Assembly: GCA_023429995.1 (NCBI GenBank)
Contig: JAEZCE010000046.1
Coordinates: 27,283 to 91,282 of the forward strand
DNA from: Bacillota bacterium
Lineage (GTDB): Bacteria > Bacillota > UBA4882 > UBA8346
Direction of reading: 5' to 3'
DNA length: 64,000 bases
In this document: positions 30,865 to 38,388 of the stretch, one piece after another
Layout: every line of letters starts with the position of its first letter
Position numbering within the stretch: the first letter of the stretch is position 1
The notes under the pieces: generated by a model
Seen by the model: only the letters and a program-made list of their open reading frames with translations
What the model was told of the DNA's origin: nothing
The model's database searches: none
Program-made: the position numbers and the translations under genes

Positions 30865-31524
30865 TTATTTAAGATGGATTCTAACAACAACATTGGTTCC
30901 GGGCAATAATTTGGCATTATATTTGGCAAGCTCAATTTTAACCGGTATTCTTTGGACTACTTTCGTAAAGGTCCCTCCGGTGGTTGTGGGAAGTAACGAA
31001 AAAGTGGAATTGCTGGCCTGCCCGATTGATTTTACTTTTCCGGTAAATTTGATCCCGGCAAATTGATCAACCGTGATATCTACGGTTTGACCCGGTTTCA
31101 CCTTTCCCAAGGATGTTTCTTCGATATTCGCGGTGACATAGAGCCGATCCGGATCGACAAGTATCGCTAAGGTCTGGCCGGTCGATTCGAATTCGCCGAC
31201 ATTGGCTATTTTTTTAATGATAATGCCGCTGATTGGAGCCCTAACGATCGATTGGTCGATATTATTATCAGGAAGATTAACCGTTTCTTGGCGGCCGAGA
31301 ATTTGGTCTTCCAACACCATGTCTCCTTCTTCAGCATCAAACTCCAGCAATTTACCGGTAATCTGAGGACAAACCTTGACAAGGTCTCCCGCAACTTTGG
31401 CATCCTCGCTAATAACGTAAAATGTATTATTATACCAATAATAGAAGCCAATAGCGCTTAATGCGGCAACCATACCGGCCAATACGAACAATATCAGAAC
31501 CTTCCGTTTTTCCATGGGTTTCAC
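30865..31524 (-). CDS. HlyD/EmrA-type membrane-fusion protein, TM-anchored, lacking the alpha-helical hairpin
   Basis: N-terminal TM helix. The two lipoyl half-motifs (GDLVKVCPQITGKLLEF ... VRAPISGIIIKK) are separated by only about 15 aa, followed by a beta-barrel domain. Confidence 0.75.
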   Translation of the reverse strand: MKPMEKRKVLILFVLAGMVAALSAIGFYYWYNNTFYVISEDAKVAGDLVKVCPQITGKLLEFDAEEGDMVLEDQILGRQETVNLPDNNIDQSIVRAPISGIIIKKIANVGEFESTGQTLAILVDPDRLYVTANIEETSLGKVKPGQTVDITVDQFAGIKFTGKVKSIGQASNSTFSLLPTTTGGTFTKVVQRIPVKIELAKYNAKLLPGTNVVVRIHLK

Positions 31525-31582
31525 CCGCCTTTAATTTTTAAATGAATCATCCCCGGTCATTTTAAGAAAATCTCCGCTACGT

Positions 31583-32419
31583 TTATATGCCGATTTTCGC
31601 AAACATTCCCGGTTTTAAAGCTGGAGAAAGTTTATTGAACTTTACCTTGACGAGTGTACTTTTGCTTTTAGAATCAATCACCGGGCCAATCACCAGTATT
31701 TCTCCGCCGTATGTTTGGCCCGGAATTTCCGAAACCTTGATAACCACTTTTTGCCCGGTTTTAATTCTACCGACGAACCTTGCAGGTAAATAAGCGTTTA
31801 CGATTAAATCGGCGGGACTTACAACCGTGACCAAAGGAACTCCGGCTACCGCCAATTCTCCACTTTGAATGTTTTTAGCGCTAATGATTCCGGAAATCGG
31901 CGATATGATTGTCCCTTTATCCAGTTGGTTCCGGGCAAATTCCAGCGCTGCCCGGGCCGATTTAAAAGAACCTTCCGCGCCGGCAAAGGCCGTTTGGGAT
32001 TGCTCATACTGTGATTTGGAAATTAAACCGCCATTAAAAAGGCGATTGCTTCGTTCATAATTGTTCTTGGCATTCTGATAACCGGTGGCAGCGCTATCCA
32101 AAGCCGCCTTTGCTTGCTCTTCCTGCGCCGCGAGATCCTTTGAGTCCAGATTGATGATCACATTCCCCTTCTCAACGGCAGATCCGACATCCACGTTAAT
32201 TGCCACCACTCTGGCGGTAATTTTTGAGGATATATCGGCTTTTTCGTTGGCGTCAATTTTTCCGGCCATCAGATAAACCGGGCTTTTACTCTTACCGCCG
32301 GTTTGCGCGATTCTCAAAAAAGCAGTCTTGCTGGCGCCTTGATTATCCGGAGCGCAACCGCTCAAAACAAATGCCCCGAAGAATACCAGCATAAACAGTG
32401 AAAAAATAATTTTACGCAT
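31583..32419 (-). CDS. Membrane-fusion (periplasmic adaptor) lipoprotein with a coiled-coil hairpin
   Basis: Lipobox LSGCAP. Lipoyl halves (ITARVVAINVDVG ... IISPISGIISAK) are separated by a coiled coil of about 70 aa. Confidence 0.75.
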   Translation of the reverse strand: MRKIIFSLFMLVFFGAFVLSGCAPDNQGASKTAFLRIAQTGGKSKSPVYLMAGKIDANEKADISSKITARVVAINVDVGSAVEKGNVIINLDSKDLAAQEEQAKAALDSAATGYQNAKNNYERSNRLFNGGLISKSQYEQSQTAFAGAEGSFKSARAALEFARNQLDKGTIISPISGIISAKNIQSGELAVAGVPLVTVVSPADLIVNAYLPARFVGRIKTGQKVVIKVSEIPGQTYGGEILVIGPVIDSKSKSTLVKVKFNKLSPALKPGMFAKIGI

Positions 32420-32503
32420 ATTTCCTCGCCCCTTTCCCTATCAATAACCCTCAATACCCTTACAATCAATCACTTTCCATTCCATGGCTCATTTCTTGCA
32501 ATA

Positions 32504-32519
32504 TTGAACACTTGTTCAA
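32504..32519 (-). promoter_or_regulatory. Candidate TetR operator O2 (palindrome TTGAACAAGTGTTCAA)
   Basis: 7+7 perfect inverted repeat in the 117-bp gap between the TetR gene and the first adaptor gene. It is near-identical to the palindrome at 33141-33156. Confidence 0.4.
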
Positions 32520-32536
32520 AAATGTTTAAAAAAAAT

Positions 32537-33124
32537 TTACTGTAAGAAAGCATTAATTCCGTAGCAATAATGTTTAGCCACTAGTTCCAACATTTGTTCC
32601 GCCCATTTTTTACCCTTATAATGGCGGATAATTTCACAGATGCCTTCGATCAAACTACTCGCCCAAATGTGAAACAACAAACTGTCATACTGAATTTTCT
32701 GATCTGAAACAACAGTCTTCATATGCAATTCCATCCGCCGAATGATACTGTCTTTAAAATCTTGATACCGGGTACCGAAACTTTTATCCATTAAAACCAC
32801 CAGCGATTTGGGATTATCTATCGAATTAAAAATCGAATCCGTCACAATTCGCCGCAAATTATCAAAGGGATCCGCATTGCGCTTTTCTTCCACTCTCGAT
32901 TCCTCAGTTTTCATCAAATTGTCCATATTGGTTGCAATCGGTTCCACGATCGCATAAAAAAGATCTTCTTTACTTTCATAATATGAATATACCAGACCAA
33001 CCGGGACTTCCGCCCTCCCGGCGATATCCCGAATGGTGGCCGTCTTATAATCCTTTTCATAGAACTCTTCCACCGCAGCATCATAAATTCTCTGTTTGAC
33101 ATCCTCTTTCAGCACTTGAGCCAT
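32537..33124 (-). CDS. TetR/AcrR-family regulator of the efflux operon
   Basis: HTH (YKTATIRDIAGRAEVPVGLVYSYY). GGAGA precedes the ATG at 33124; the track start at 33166 would read through the promoter and operator. Confidence 0.85.
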   Translation of the reverse strand: MAQVLKEDVKQRIYDAAVEEFYEKDYKTATIRDIAGRAEVPVGLVYSYYESKEDLFYAIVEPIATNMDNLMKTEESRVEEKRNADPFDNLRRIVTDSIFNSIDNPKSLVVLMDKSFGTRYQDFKDSIIRRMELHMKTVVSDQKIQYDSLLFHIWASSLIEGICEIIRHYKGKKWAEQMLELVAKHYCYGINAFLQ

Positions 33125-33140
33125 GGCGTCTCCTTTAATA

Positions 33141-33156
33141 TTGAACATACATTCAA
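33141..33156 (-). promoter_or_regulatory. Candidate TetR operator O1 (TTGAATGTATGTTCAA)
   Basis: Inverted repeat TTGAA-N6-TTCAA overlaps the predicted -10/+1 of the TetR promoter. It shares TTGAAYRWRTGTTCAA with O2. Confidence 0.4.
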
Positions 33157-33183
33157 TATATAGCAAGCCTCCATTCCTGTCAA
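33155..33183 (-). promoter_or_regulatory. Sigma-A-type promoter of the TetR/efflux operon
   Basis: On the minus strand: TTGACA (33183-33178), 17-nt spacer, TATATT (33160-33155). Confidence 0.5.
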
Positions 33184-33290
33184 GAACTTTTGTGTTTTTT
33201 TTATTTTAAAGTAAGTACCGTATTCCAGCATCAGAAAGGCCGATGGATTGGTGAAGGCATTACGATATGGGATATTTCTCTGCGCCTCCG

Positions 33291-33360
33291 CGCCTCTGCG
33301 CGAGAATAAATAGGCGGCTTGAGCTACAAGCTGATTTATCTTTATAATCATGATATTTTA
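33291..33360. repeat. Copy 1 of a dispersed element of about 70 nt (second copy at 53059-53131)
   Basis: CGCCTCTGCGCGAGAATAAATAGGCGGCTTGAG..CAAGCTGATTTATCTTTATAATCATGATATTTTA matches 53059-53131 in the same orientation. By hand alignment identity is about 80%, with one 3-nt indel. Confidence 0.6.
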
Positions 33361-33498
33361 TATGATACGAAATATCACGACGAGTGGCGGAACAAACATA
33401 TTCTTTGGCGCATCGCCATGTTTCACGCGGTGTTTGAGAGCATTCACCCATTTGTGAATGGGAATGGCAGAACCGGTCGGTTAATCCTGGGCTGGTGA
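33310..33498 (+). pseudogene. Fic/DOC-family protein remnant (core motif only)
   Basis: Frame-1 translation ...HILWRIAMFHAVFESIHPFVNGNGRTGRLILGW* contains the Fic motif HPFxxGNGRxxR. There is no start codon and both ends are truncated. Confidence 0.6.
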
Positions 33499-33513
33499 AA
33501 CAGTTCGCTTCAT

Positions 33514-33696
33514 TCATCGATTTATGTACGCCGGATAAATAATTAAATATGGAAATCCGTGAATAAGCCATTTTCTTCGGCCGCACTCGTCAGAATATTC
33601 GAGTGACGGACTTTGTTGCAAAATAGCCAGTGCTGCAGTTACCGCATCCAAAAATCTGTGCCCTAGACCGGTTCCTTTTTCCTCGTGGAAACGGAG
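33514..33696 (-). pseudogene. ParE/RelE-like toxin remnant
   Basis: Stop-to-stop translation LRFHEEKGTGLGHRFLDAVTAALAILQQSPSLEYSDECGRRKWLIHGFPYLIIY... resembles ParE/RelE (rF..e...a...l...P ... R.....FPY.iiY). It lacks a start codon and the C-terminal third. Confidence 0.3.
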
Positions 33697-34027
33697 TCAC
33701 AAATAATAATGCATCCGGTCACCCTGCCGGTTCCCCTGCGAGCCACGGAGATAAGCAAGTCCGAACCCCTCCTTATTGTCAGGTTCATGTCAGGAAAATA
33801 AGGTGGAATATTGTAGTACTTGTTGTACGGAATTAACCGTAGGTTTTAAATTTCAATATGGTTGGTAGTAATTACCTTTTTAAATGATAATCGTTGACCT
33901 ACAATTTTTTAGCAAACTACTCTTCAGGTTTCTTCAAAACTTTAAACTCCCGAAAGCCATATGGATATATTTTACATAATATGTTATTATTGTATTAATC
34001 GGAATCAATATAAAGGAGGATTATGCA

Positions 34028-34948
34028 ATGATGAAAAAAACACTTCTAATGATTTTGGTTTTTGTCTTTGTTATGCCTTTTTGTTTTTCCCCGGTAATAT
34101 TTGGTGCATCAGAGTTAAATCACATTATTATATATGAGAGTATCAATTTCAAAGGTGGACATACGCATATCTTCGGCAGTGCTGCCACCCTCCCTGAACT
34201 GAATAACGAAGTATCATCTTTTATTGTTGTGTCTGGTAGATGGACTTTTTATAATGGTGTAAATTTCACCAATGAAATTGTTGGTGATTTTCCTAGTTTT
34301 GGTCCTGGACAATACACAGATGTTGCAAACTGGGGTATACCCAATGATTCGATCTCATCAGCAGCTTCCGAGGATTATTACGGAAATTCTATGAACAAAG
34401 CCAATCTGGGTGATCAGTTTGGTCATATTATTCTTTATGAGGATAGTGATTTTGGCGGAGCGCATTCTCATATCTTCGGTTCCGCATCACCTCTCCCTGA
34501 ATTGAATAATGAAGTATCTTCCTTCATTATTGAATCAGGTTGTTGGGTGTTGTATGATATTGAAGGTTACAATATACCACGTGGTGTTATTCTTGGACCT
34601 GGAAAATACTCAAATGTTGCCAATTATGACATACCTAATGATTGTATCTCAGCAGTATCTAATCGGCCGGATGATGCAGATGAAAATGCCGCGTTAAGAA
34701 GCCATATTATTCTATTTCAACATGAAAATTTTAAAGGAGCACACAATCATGTTTTTGGTGATGCTGCAACTCTCCCCGGAATGAACGATAAGGCAACTTC
34801 GTTCGTTATTCTAAAAGGCGGTTGGTATTTGTATAAAGATGCAAACTATATTAACCTACTTGGTAGTTTTAATGGCGGAAAATACTCAAATGTCGCCAAT
34901 TATAATATGCCTAATGATTCTATCTCATCATTAAGATCGCCAAATTAA
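34028..34948 (+). CDS. Secreted protein with three tandem beta-gamma-crystallin domains
   Basis: Signal peptide, then three units of about 95 aa. Each unit has two Greek-key signatures (hIIlYEx.nFkGxh..iFG and GxW.lY), and each carries LNNEVSSF and IPNDSISS type N/D-N/D-x-x-S-S calcium-binding motifs. GGAGGA lies 8 nt upstream of the start. Confidence 0.8.
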   Translation: MMKKTLLMILVFVFVMPFCFSPVIFGASELNHIIIYESINFKGGHTHIFGSAATLPELNNEVSSFIVVSGRWTFYNGVNFTNEIVGDFPSFGPGQYTDVANWGIPNDSISSAASEDYYGNSMNKANLGDQFGHIILYEDSDFGGAHSHIFGSASPLPELNNEVSSFIIESGCWVLYDIEGYNIPRGVILGPGKYSNVANYDIPNDCISAVSNRPDDADENAALRSHIILFQHENFKGAHNHVFGDAATLPGMNDKATSFVILKGGWYLYKDANYINLLGSFNGGKYSNVANYNMPNDSISSLRSPN

Positions 34949-35011
34949 GCTCATCTTTTCTGGTAACCTCTTTACTCTGGACGTGAGATTCTGATTATGT
35001 ATGTTACAAAA

Positions 35012-35055
35012 AAGCCGACCGAGAATATTTAATACTGGTCGGCTTCTTATCTTCT
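35012..35055 (+). terminator. Rho-independent terminator of the crystallin gene
   Basis: AAGCCGACC (35012-35020) pairs with GGTCGGCTT (35037-35045), followed by CTTATCTTCT. Confidence 0.6.
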
Positions 35056-35156
35056 ACATTAAAAAACCTCTTCCATATTACCACGAAAGAGGACACTTTA
35101 AAAGTTTAACTTAAAATCATTCAACGATACAAATTCTCAAGCTCTTGATATTACTG

Positions 35157-35209
35157 CATTTGGTAGTCCTAACGAGATTCGAACTCGTGTCTTTGCCGTG
35201 AGAGGGCGA
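35157..35209 (-). repeat. Duplicated 3' half of tRNA-Glu (att-like direct repeat; not a functional tRNA)
   Basis: The 53 nt CATTTGGTAGTCCTAACGAGATTCGAACTCGTGTCTTTGCCGTGAGAGGGCGA match 38385-38437 at 51/53 positions. That stretch is the anticodon arm through CCA of the intact tRNA-Glu. No D-arm or 5' acceptor strand follows. Confidence 0.75.
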
Positions 35210-35417
35210 CGGATTGGACTTCCAAATGAAACAGCAGCCAAAATTGTTTTTCTCTCCCAAACTCTCTTCCAGGGACTTCGCCCTTTTGAAAACAATTTTG
35301 GCTTTTTCGTTCGGTTTTTCAAGGACGTTTGCTATAGCTACATAAATCCCAATGGCGGAAACCACTTCGGAAATGAATCCTAAATTAGGTCTTTAAGATT
35401 AAATTGGGATTATTCAA

Positions 35418-35450
35418 AAACCTCCCATTTTCGGGAGGTTTATTTTTTTC
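35418..35450. terminator. Orphan bidirectional hairpin terminator
   Basis: AAACCTCCC (35418-35426) pairs with GGGAGGTTT (35433-35441), flanked by T/A runs on both sides. No intact gene lies immediately upstream on either strand. Confidence 0.45.
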
Positions 35451-35615
35451 TTTTTACCAAACCCTACGCCAACCTCCCCGCCCTTCCCGCTCCAAACCCG
35501 ATTTTAGACAACAAAAACTGCAATAATAGGCTTCATTTCGCTTTGTTAGTCCTAAACCGTACTTAACCTTATTCACGTCCGTGAAACGAAAACTTTTGTA
35601 CAAATAATACCTATA

Positions 35616-35645
35616 AAACCCCTGATTGTTAAGAACAGGGGTTTT
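35616..35645 (-). terminator. Hairpin terminator after the MNT/HEPN-remnant unit
   Basis: AAAACCCCTG (35616-35625) pairs with CAGGGGTTTT (35636-35645). Confidence 0.5.
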
Positions 35646-35675
35646 ATTAACCCATTTTTCCTTTAATAAATTCTT

Positions 35676-35815
35676 TTATTTTTCAGCACTTTGTTGACAA
35701 TGAAAACAAATAAGATCTTTATATTCCGGTTTGTTAGCAATAGCCAATTCCGCCATTCCCAAATCATGCCCGGCTTTTATAATCCACTCGTCACCAATAG
35801 TTTCTTTTTATCCAT
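35676..35815 (-). pseudogene. HEPN-domain toxin remnant (frameshifted and truncated)
   Basis: The ATG at 35815-35813 overlaps the MNT stop (ATGGATAA). Frame +1 stops after 12 codons. The adjacent frame reads KETIGDEWIIKAGHDLGMAELAIANKPEYKDLICFHCQQSAEK*, a HEPN N-terminus. A 1-nt loss in the A-run would explain the frame shift. The C-terminal two-thirds, including the Rx4-6H motif, are absent. Confidence 0.5.
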
Positions 35816-36140
35816 ATAAAACCTGACCTTGATCGACAATTTGGGTTATAAACGCAGCTTTTGTACCACGCCATTCTTCGATTTCCTGAGGGGTATAAAC
35901 CAAGAAATCGATGGGAATCCCAGTTCCCCTTAAATATTTCCGAATTTCACGGCCCCTTTGAAGACGTTTTTGGGGCATATCTTTGATTATTAATAAATCT
36001 AAGTCGCTATCTTCTCCGGGATTTCCATTTGCGTATGAGCCAAATAAAATAACTTTATCAGGACGAACATTCTGAACAATCGCCTCAACCACTTGGTTAA
36101 TCTGTTCTTTGGTAATCAATTTATTCACCCCGATGATCAT
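35808..36140 (-). CDS. MNT-type nucleotidyltransferase-domain protein (antitoxin partner of HEPN)
   Basis: GS..G (ILFGSYANG) and DLDLLI motifs of the minimal nucleotidyltransferase fold. Confidence 0.8.
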   Translation of the reverse strand: MIIGVNKLITKEQINQVVEAIVQNVRPDKVILFGSYANGNPGEDSDLDLLIIKDMPQKRLQRGREIRKYLRGTGIPIDFLVYTPQEIEEWRGTKAAFITQIVDQGQVLYG

Positions 36141-36196
36141 CTTTATCGTATAAATCGCAGAACTAAACTGAGCTTTTAGTACTTTAAATCATAAAA

Positions 36197-37924
36197 TCAG
36201 ACTCTTGATAACTCGTCTCTAAATGCAGGCCTATTTGCATATTGGCTAAAAAGCTTCTGTTTAATCTCCAATGCCTGTTCTCTCCCGCCAGCCTTTCTGA
36301 GATTCCGGATTATGGCGCATACCCCCTGATAGCCCTTTCTGGTATTTGCCCGGGCCGCAGTCTGCTCAATATATTGCCGAAATAGCCCGTAAACCTCTTC
36401 CGTGAATTCAGGAATAAGATACTTGTAAAAATACTCCACCGCTGAAGGCCTTTCTTTGACGTATTCATATAGCTTTTGTTTTTCGCCTTCTTCGATCAAA
36501 ATAGAGGTGTAGACATGCCCTTGGGTTTGCTTTTGGTTTTTCAATCGCAGAATGATTTCAGGATAAACAGAAGGCCACTCTTTAGTGTCATAAGTGTTTT
36601 TCAGTTCGCTGTAATATTCAAAGTCTCCTTTTAAAATAAAATCCCTAGCAATTCCACGCTGCTCGTCTACATTTCCGGAAAGTTTATATGCTTTATACCG
36701 GTATCCCATCCATTGAGCGACTAATCCGGGGAAGCCTTGATCCTTCTCTTCCCCGGCGAGGGCGAGCGTAATAACTTGATTATAATCTTTTTTCTTCATT
36801 GCGCTTTCGATGGCCATTTTTCTAAAGTCAGAATATTGCAAGTTTTGTTCGATAAATTCCTCTGTCTTTTTCGCTCCGTCATATTTTTCAATCATATGAT
36901 ATCGGATGAGATTTATCTTCTCTACAAGGTACTTAATGTTCCATGAATCGCCTGGCTCTTTTTCTATCATTGAAACCAAATGATTCTCCAATTTATTTCG
37001 CAAATGCCGGTTATCCGCAAGTTCCGAACACTTGGCAAGCAAATCCAGTGTCCAATCGGTCCAGCCATCATAGCGTTTCTGAACCGCTTCCGTCATCAAC
37101 TGATCAAAAATATTTTCTTTCTGCGCCGGACTTAATTCTGGATCATCAATGATTTCAGCAATAAACGCAAAACTTTCGTCAATCATTCCACCAATGAATC
37201 CATCGGAATCATCGGCCCCTTCAAGTAAATCGATCATTTCCCGTGCGATACAAAGGGCCAACTTAACAGCATGGGTGGTTTTATTCTGTTTCAAAGCGTG
37301 ACGGGCCTTTTCCAAAACCATACCGGCGCCTTTGACGACTTCGGATGTGTTTCCATAGCTCACAAATCCCCATGGGTTGGAATTATTATCGATGTAAGTA
37401 TGGATAAGCGCAATCGACTTATTGATTTCATCCTCATCATTTCCAATATTAAAATCCAGTTCAATACGCCGCTTGATTTCTTCATACTCAGAGGCAATAT
37501 CCATCAGCAGTTCAACGAGCTCATCTTTGGTCCGGTCGGAAAGTATTTTCTTGATATCGATTTCTTTTATCTTTTTTTGAACTGGAAATTCAAGCGCTGC
37601 TCCTAAGTCCATACAAAGATTTTTGGACACCGGGCTTTTCTCATCGGATATATTGTTTTTCATTTCCTGTAACGTATAAAAAACCGCTATTTGATGCTTG
37701 CAACATTCTCCCAAGTCATAAGGACAATCACATTGGGTATCGATTATGTTCTCCGCATGATCAAGTTCAACTTTCACAGTATACAGATCAGTCCCTTCAA
37801 CTTTCGCCACAAATACATTTTCCTTACTTTCCTCCACTGAGGTTACATACTCATTCTCATAGTAGTCATAGCCCCTTGCCAATATTTTGGGGTCGATATA
37901 ATTCTCAAAATTGTTAAGGTTCAT
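36197..37924 (-). CDS. SWIM zinc-finger domain protein (575 aa) with a long helical C-terminal region
   Basis: N-terminal SWIM signature CDCPYDLGECCKH (CxC...CxH) after a beta-rich head. I recognised no further domain in the remainder. Confidence 0.75.
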   Translation of the reverse strand: MNLNNFENYIDPKILARGYDYYENEYVTSVEESKENVFVAKVEGTDLYTVKVELDHAENIIDTQCDCPYDLGECCKHQIAVFYTLQEMKNNISDEKSPVSKNLCMDLGAALEFPVQKKIKEIDIKKILSDRTKDELVELLMDIASEYEEIKRRIELDFNIGNDEDEINKSIALIHTYIDNNSNPWGFVSYGNTSEVVKGAGMVLEKARHALKQNKTTHAVKLALCIAREMIDLLEGADDSDGFIGGMIDESFAFIAEIIDDPELSPAQKENIFDQLMTEAVQKRYDGWTDWTLDLLAKCSELADNRHLRNKLENHLVSMIEKEPGDSWNIKYLVEKINLIRYHMIEKYDGAKKTEEFIEQNLQYSDFRKMAIESAMKKKDYNQVITLALAGEEKDQGFPGLVAQWMGYRYKAYKLSGNVDEQRGIARDFILKGDFEYYSELKNTYDTKEWPSVYPEIILRLKNQKQTQGHVYTSILIEEGEKQKLYEYVKERPSAVEYFYKYLIPEFTEEVYGLFRQYIEQTAARANTRKGYQGVCAIIRNLRKAGGREQALEIKQKLFSQYANRPAFRDELSRV

Positions 37925-38349
37925 TTTATCAATCCTCTTTCATCAAATTCTTCACGAGGGCAATCCCTTACAAGCAAGCAACTTACAGCTATACACATGT
38001 TAAAACATTATCTGATTCGGTTCCACGCAAAGTTATCTACAAAAAATATTAAAGCATAACCTCTAACCAATATCAAGGTTAAAGGATGTTCTGATAATCC
38101 CTGTGCTTTACGATGAAGTAGAAAAAATCTAGCCACTCTTCCCAAGGTATCGTTTCTACCAGGATTCTCTTTGGTTCAGGTGTGATTTAGGCATAATAAA
38201 AACTCCTTTCGAATTTTTTTCAAACAGGAGTTTGTTTAATTCCACGCCCTATGGGTTTTCGTATAGGGCGAAGTCATTTTTTGACCTCTCCAAGGTACCA
38301 TGCCCTGTTACTTTTTGACCCGTTTTTTAAGCTCGATTAGTTTCAGGCG

Positions 38350-38377
38350 GAAAACAAAAAACCAGCATTTAGCTGGT
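38350..38377 (-). terminator. Rho-independent terminator of the tRNA operon
   Basis: On the minus strand, ACCAGC-TAAAT-GCTGGT is followed by TTTTTTGTTTT. Confidence 0.6.
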
Positions 38378-38388
38378 ATATTGTCATT

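Noticed and set aside
33260-33586. 108-aa minus-strand ORF.
   Set aside because: It runs antisense through the Fic-motif remnant and the dispersed repeat, and it starts at a non-canonical position with no RBS. The Fic (plus strand) and ParE-like (minus strand, different frame) fragments explain the region better.
35117-35383. ORFs of 61-82 aa overlapping the partial tRNA copy, and the possibility that 35157-35240 is a second functional tRNA-Glu.
   Set aside because: The tRNA similarity stops at the anticodon stem and no D-arm or 5' acceptor strand can be formed. The ORFs have no RBS and read through tRNA-derived sequence.
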